A stretch of DNA of 64,000 bases from assembly GCF_009914755.1 (NCBI RefSeq), contig NC_060933.1, one strand, 5' to 3'. The DNA comes from the human T2T-CHM13v2.0 reference genome, Homo sapiens. This document shows positions 60,095 to 64,000 of the stretch, piece by piece (the stretch's first letter is position 1; every line of letters begins with the position of its first letter). A model generated the notes under the pieces. The model was not told where the DNA came from. It did no database searches and saw only the letters and a list, made by a program, of their open reading frames with translations. Both the position numbers and the translations under genes were made by a program.

Positions 60095-62759
60095 TCATCG
60101 CTAAGTCATTGCTCTGTGTGGGGCACGGCCATGTTGCCAGCTCTCGCGGTCATAAATGGGACTGTTGGAGCAGCTTTGCACAATGTTCCTCTTTATCTCC
60201 TGGGTCGGTTCCTTGCGGGACGGTCCCAGAAGCCAACGGTGAAGTCCGAGGGTGGGAATGGTCACTGAGTGCTTCTTTCCTGTGGGACTTATTTTTGAAA
60301 AAGACATCCAAGTTGCAAATTCAAAATTGAAGTCAGCAGCATTGACTGAGCAGTATCCTATGCCCAGGATTGTGTTGCAGCCTCGGAGACAGAAGACATG
60401 GGCTTGGGCTGTGTGTGAGGTCAGGTGGCAGAAGACCTGGGGTCCCATCCCAGCTTCACCCCAGCTCGCCCGGTGACCTCAAACAAGACCCTTCCCCTCT
60501 CCCCTCCCTGGGCCTCAGCCTTTCAGTTTGAGAAATGAAAGGGTTGGACAGGCGATGGTGGCCAGAGAGCATCTCGGGGCTCTGGTCCCATGATTCAGCC
60601 CAGGGATGCTGGGGCGAGGCAGTGTTTCCAGGCAACAATGTTTGTTTGGGATTCCGATGAGGAGATGGGACGGCTGTGAGCACTCCTGGCTCTGGCTGTG
60701 GCTCCCGGAGGCAGCCGGCCAGCATTCCACACAGGGCCAAATCCCTAATCCCAGCGCGGTGTGGGGGCAGTGAGAGGATGGTGCGTTTCTATCTCGTTCT
60801 TCCAGGTTTTCTTCCTTTGATACCCCCACCACCCTCCTCTGCCCCTTCCCAAGCACACTGCAGGACAGGCTGCCCACCCACCCTTCTCCTGGAAGGGGAC
60901 CACTGGGCCGGCTCATTAGAGGTGAGAGGTGAGGCCTGCAGCTGGGATCTGGTGACTTGTGGCAGGGAAAGCAGCTCACTGCTCTCTGCAAGCCAGTGGT
61001 GTGCCTGGACTGCCCAGGGCCCTGCATGGGGACTGTACCTTGGTGGATCCTCAAAGCCCTTGTTGGTTTCTGGTCTGGTGGCTCTGGAGTCCATCTGGTC
61101 AGCCTGTGGGCAGTGGCTGTCTTTCTGGAGAACATTTAAGTTTCCTCGCCTTCAGAGCCGGACGTTTAGATCACCATGGCGGTTAGGAAGGAGCATGGTC
61201 GCACAGTGTGAGGGTCCAGTCCTCGCTGTGCCCTGGCCAGCTCAGTGGCCGTGGACACCAGGACCACACCTCCGGAGGCTCAGTCTTCTCCTCTGCAAAA
61301 GGGGGTGTGGTAGTGGGTCTGCCTGCCTGGTAGGTCTGGCTGTTGGGATTCTAAGTGAGAGCGTGTTTGGCGGCACAGTGACCCACAGGAAGCACTCAAT
61401 AGTTGACAGCTGTGGCTGGCGTCAGCACCATCCTCGTTAGCAGCACCAGCATCGCAGGGCTTACGCTCTCCGGGCTCGTGCGATGGCGCTGGCTCCGTCT
61501 CCCCCTACCTACCTGAGGCCCCTTGGCGTGTCTCAGGCACCTCCTCCTGAATTTCTCCAGCATGACCTTCCCTCATGTGGCCTCCTCACGGGTCTGCGAT
61601 CCTGGTCAGGCTACAGGAAGAAGACGCGAGTTGGGGCAGTGGTTTCCGGGAGGGGTTCTCTCCAGGCCAGCAGACAGGGCTGGCGTCCACTAGTGCATAG
61701 TGGGCATCTGTTGAGTGTTGCCTGACTGTGCGCTCTGTGCTGAGAACCAGCCGTGCAGCAGGCTGGGTGACTCTGGCGGGGAGTGCCGTTCATTCCACGG
61801 CCGCCGGCCCTGCTCCTGGATGCTTTATAGACAGAGGCAGCAAAAACAGCAATGTGGGAGACAGCGGGGGTCTGGGGAGGGCAGGAGGGCAGTATTGAGA
61901 TGGTGGAAGGTCTGGGGGGAGGGAGGGAGAGCAGGGACCCGTGTCAATGAAGGCGGTGAAGGGAGTGTGTGGCATGGACAGGGAACAGATGCAATTTGCC
62001 ATGAAATATTTATTGAACACCTACTGTGGGCCAGGCCAGGGCCCATGCTGAACTGGGGCATGCCGGGGACCTGGGCACACCTGGCTCCTTCCCTCACGGA
62101 GCCATCAGACAGCATAATGACAGGCGTGGTAAACTGCAGAGTGGCATGGGAAGCATGTAATGGGAGGCAGGGTATTGCCTAGGGCAGCAGGGAAGGCTTC
62201 CCTGAGTGCAGCAAAGGTGTGTGCCGGGGATGAGGCAGACAGGTGAGGCCTGGGAACTGGCATTATTCCTGGCACTCCCTATCAGATGCCCTTTGGTCTC
62301 TCTGGGCAGCCCTCTGCCCCCTGGGCCCCTCTTGCTTCTCCCCACCACTCTGACATCTGCGTGCGCCTCACTGCAGGGGCTCAAGCCAGATGGATGTCAT
62401 AAACAGGAAATTCCCCTCAAACCTCTCCACTCTCATCTGGGCGCTGCGTGGAGCCATCTGGCCGTGCACGTCGCGATGAAGTCTGCCCCGCTCATCACAC
62501 CACGTGCCCAACAGCAGCCTGTTCCTCGGAGACTCTGTGGCCTCCTCCCTTTCTCCCATCTCTCCGCTGCCGCCTCCCCTTCCCTGCTGGGCTGCAGCCC
62601 CCAAACCTCCCACTGAGCTTCTGGGAATGTAGCGGGAGAGTGGTAGGGGGCAGAAGGAGCAGGTGGTAGGCTGCCCTCGAAACCCCAGGCCCATAGCTGC
62701 AGCTTCACCTTTTCCCTGAGTCTCCGCAGAGCATGCGCAGGGTCATGATAAGGCATCTC

Positions 62760-63250
62760 TCTGTGCCAGGTCTGAGCAGGTCCTGGAGATACCAAGAGAA
62801 ATAAGACGGATGTCCCCTTGGAGCCACAGGCAGGCAGGTGACAGGTGGTGACAAGCCAGTGTGGTGAAGGCTTTGATGGCAGGATGTTCAGGAAGCTGTG
62901 GGAGCCTACAGGATGGACCTACCAGCCTGGGGCATCAAGTCAGCCTTCCTGGAGGAGGTGATGTCTCCGTATTGGAAGATGAATCAAGTATCATCCAGGT
63001 GAATGGGAAGTGCAGGTGTGTCCCAGGTAGAAGGAACAGCATGTGCCAAGGAGGGCTGGTGAGATGGGCCTGGCCCCCTGCGGAGGAACGGTGGTCCAGT
63101 GCCCCCATGCAGGGATGCAGGGGAGTTGGGGGTGGTCTGCGTAGGTCCACACAGGCCATAGTACTGTGCTTGGGTTTTGTCAGGGAGCAGTGGGCAGCCA
63201 CAGAGGGCTTGAGAGCAGGTGAGGATGTGGCCAGTTTGGCATTTAGAGCA
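62760..63250 (-). mobile_element. L2 fragment
   Basis: gccttcctggaggaggtgatgtct...ccaggtagaaggaacagcatgtgccaagg, L2-type motif. Confidence 0.6.
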
Positions 63251-63569
63251 GACACAGGCTCTGCTGGGCAGGTCCTGGATCCTTTGGCCTCAGCTTGTCC
63301 ATCTGTAAAATGGATTCCCCCATTTCTTCCTTGGTGATGTAGCAAGCAGAATCCTCCTTCTAGGAAATGATCTTGGATGCTCCTAAGAAAGATAAGATAC
63401 CCACTTTTATTGGTGTGAATTGTTAACACTTTTGGAAGTTTTTTTTTTTTTTTTTTTTTTTCAGAAGCCCCATTTCCTATCTTTTTAAGGGTTTGGTGAA
63501 GAGGGGAGTAGGGATTCTATGGTCCTTAAAGTTCTGGAGGGCAACTTCTCAGATTAGAGTCTGGAGCTG

Positions 63570-63689
63570 CTCTTTCTTTCTCTCTTTCTTTCTTTCTTTC
63601 TCTCTCTCTCTCTTCTCTCTTTCTCTCTCTTTCTCTTTCTCTCTCTCTCTTCTCTCTCTCTCTCTCTCCCTCTTCCTCTCTCTCTCTCT

Positions 63690-63722
<33 letters not shown>

Positions 63723-63940
63723 CCTCCCTCCCTCCCTCACCCTTTATTTTTCTTCACAGAGTCTTGCCCCGTTGCCCAGGCTGGAGTACAGTGGCACAAC
63801 CAGAGCTCTCAATCTCCTGGGCTTGAGTGATCCTCCCAACTCAGCCTCTCAATTAGCTGGGACCACAGGCATGTGCCACTATGCCCAGCTAGTTTTTTAT
63901 TTTTTGTAGAGATGAGGTCTCCTTGTGTTACCCAGACTGT
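63570..63940 (-). mobile_element. (TC)n tract followed by a degenerate AluJ
   Basis: (TC)n at 63570-63740, then cagagtcttgccccgttgcccaggctggagtacag. Confidence 0.8.
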
Positions 63941-64000
63941 GTGCTGCCTTTTCAAATATGAAATGGGGTTCAGAGATGTTGACTGCCCTGCCTGGGGCTG

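Noticed and set aside
60515-61440. 254-aa (+) and 206-aa (-) ORFs in intron 22
   Set aside because: No Ig or other recognisable motif, not the expected second half of Ig8, and consistent with chance ORFs at high GC.

Overview
Primate (most likely human) genomic DNA from inside HMCN2 (hemicentin-2), transcribed on the + strand. The window starts in the first intron and contains 21 consecutive coding exons (exons 2-22 by my numbering; the signal-peptide exon and everything after the first half of Ig8 lie outside). I spliced them by hand. All have canonical AG/GT boundaries with matching phases, giving 3,100 nt (~1,033 aa) of uninterrupted frame: the C-terminal part of the vWA domain, the hemicentin-specific N-terminal region, and 7.5 Ig I-set domains. 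The introns are dense in Alu (about 32 copies or fragments), old L1M fragments, MaLR/MLT1 LTRs, MIR, L2 and simple repeats, and these explain nearly all ORFs in the six-frame track. I found no evidence for a new multi-gene system. The best leads are: a near-perfect REST/RE1 site in intron 7; read-through stop plus ATTAAA arrangements after exons 5 and 8 that could give short Ig-less isoforms; a frame-preserving chain of three cryptic exons in intron 4; an RGD motif in Ig5; tight inverted-Alu structures; and two minisatellites that arose inside transposon relics. Repeat boundaries and subfamilies are by eye and approximate.
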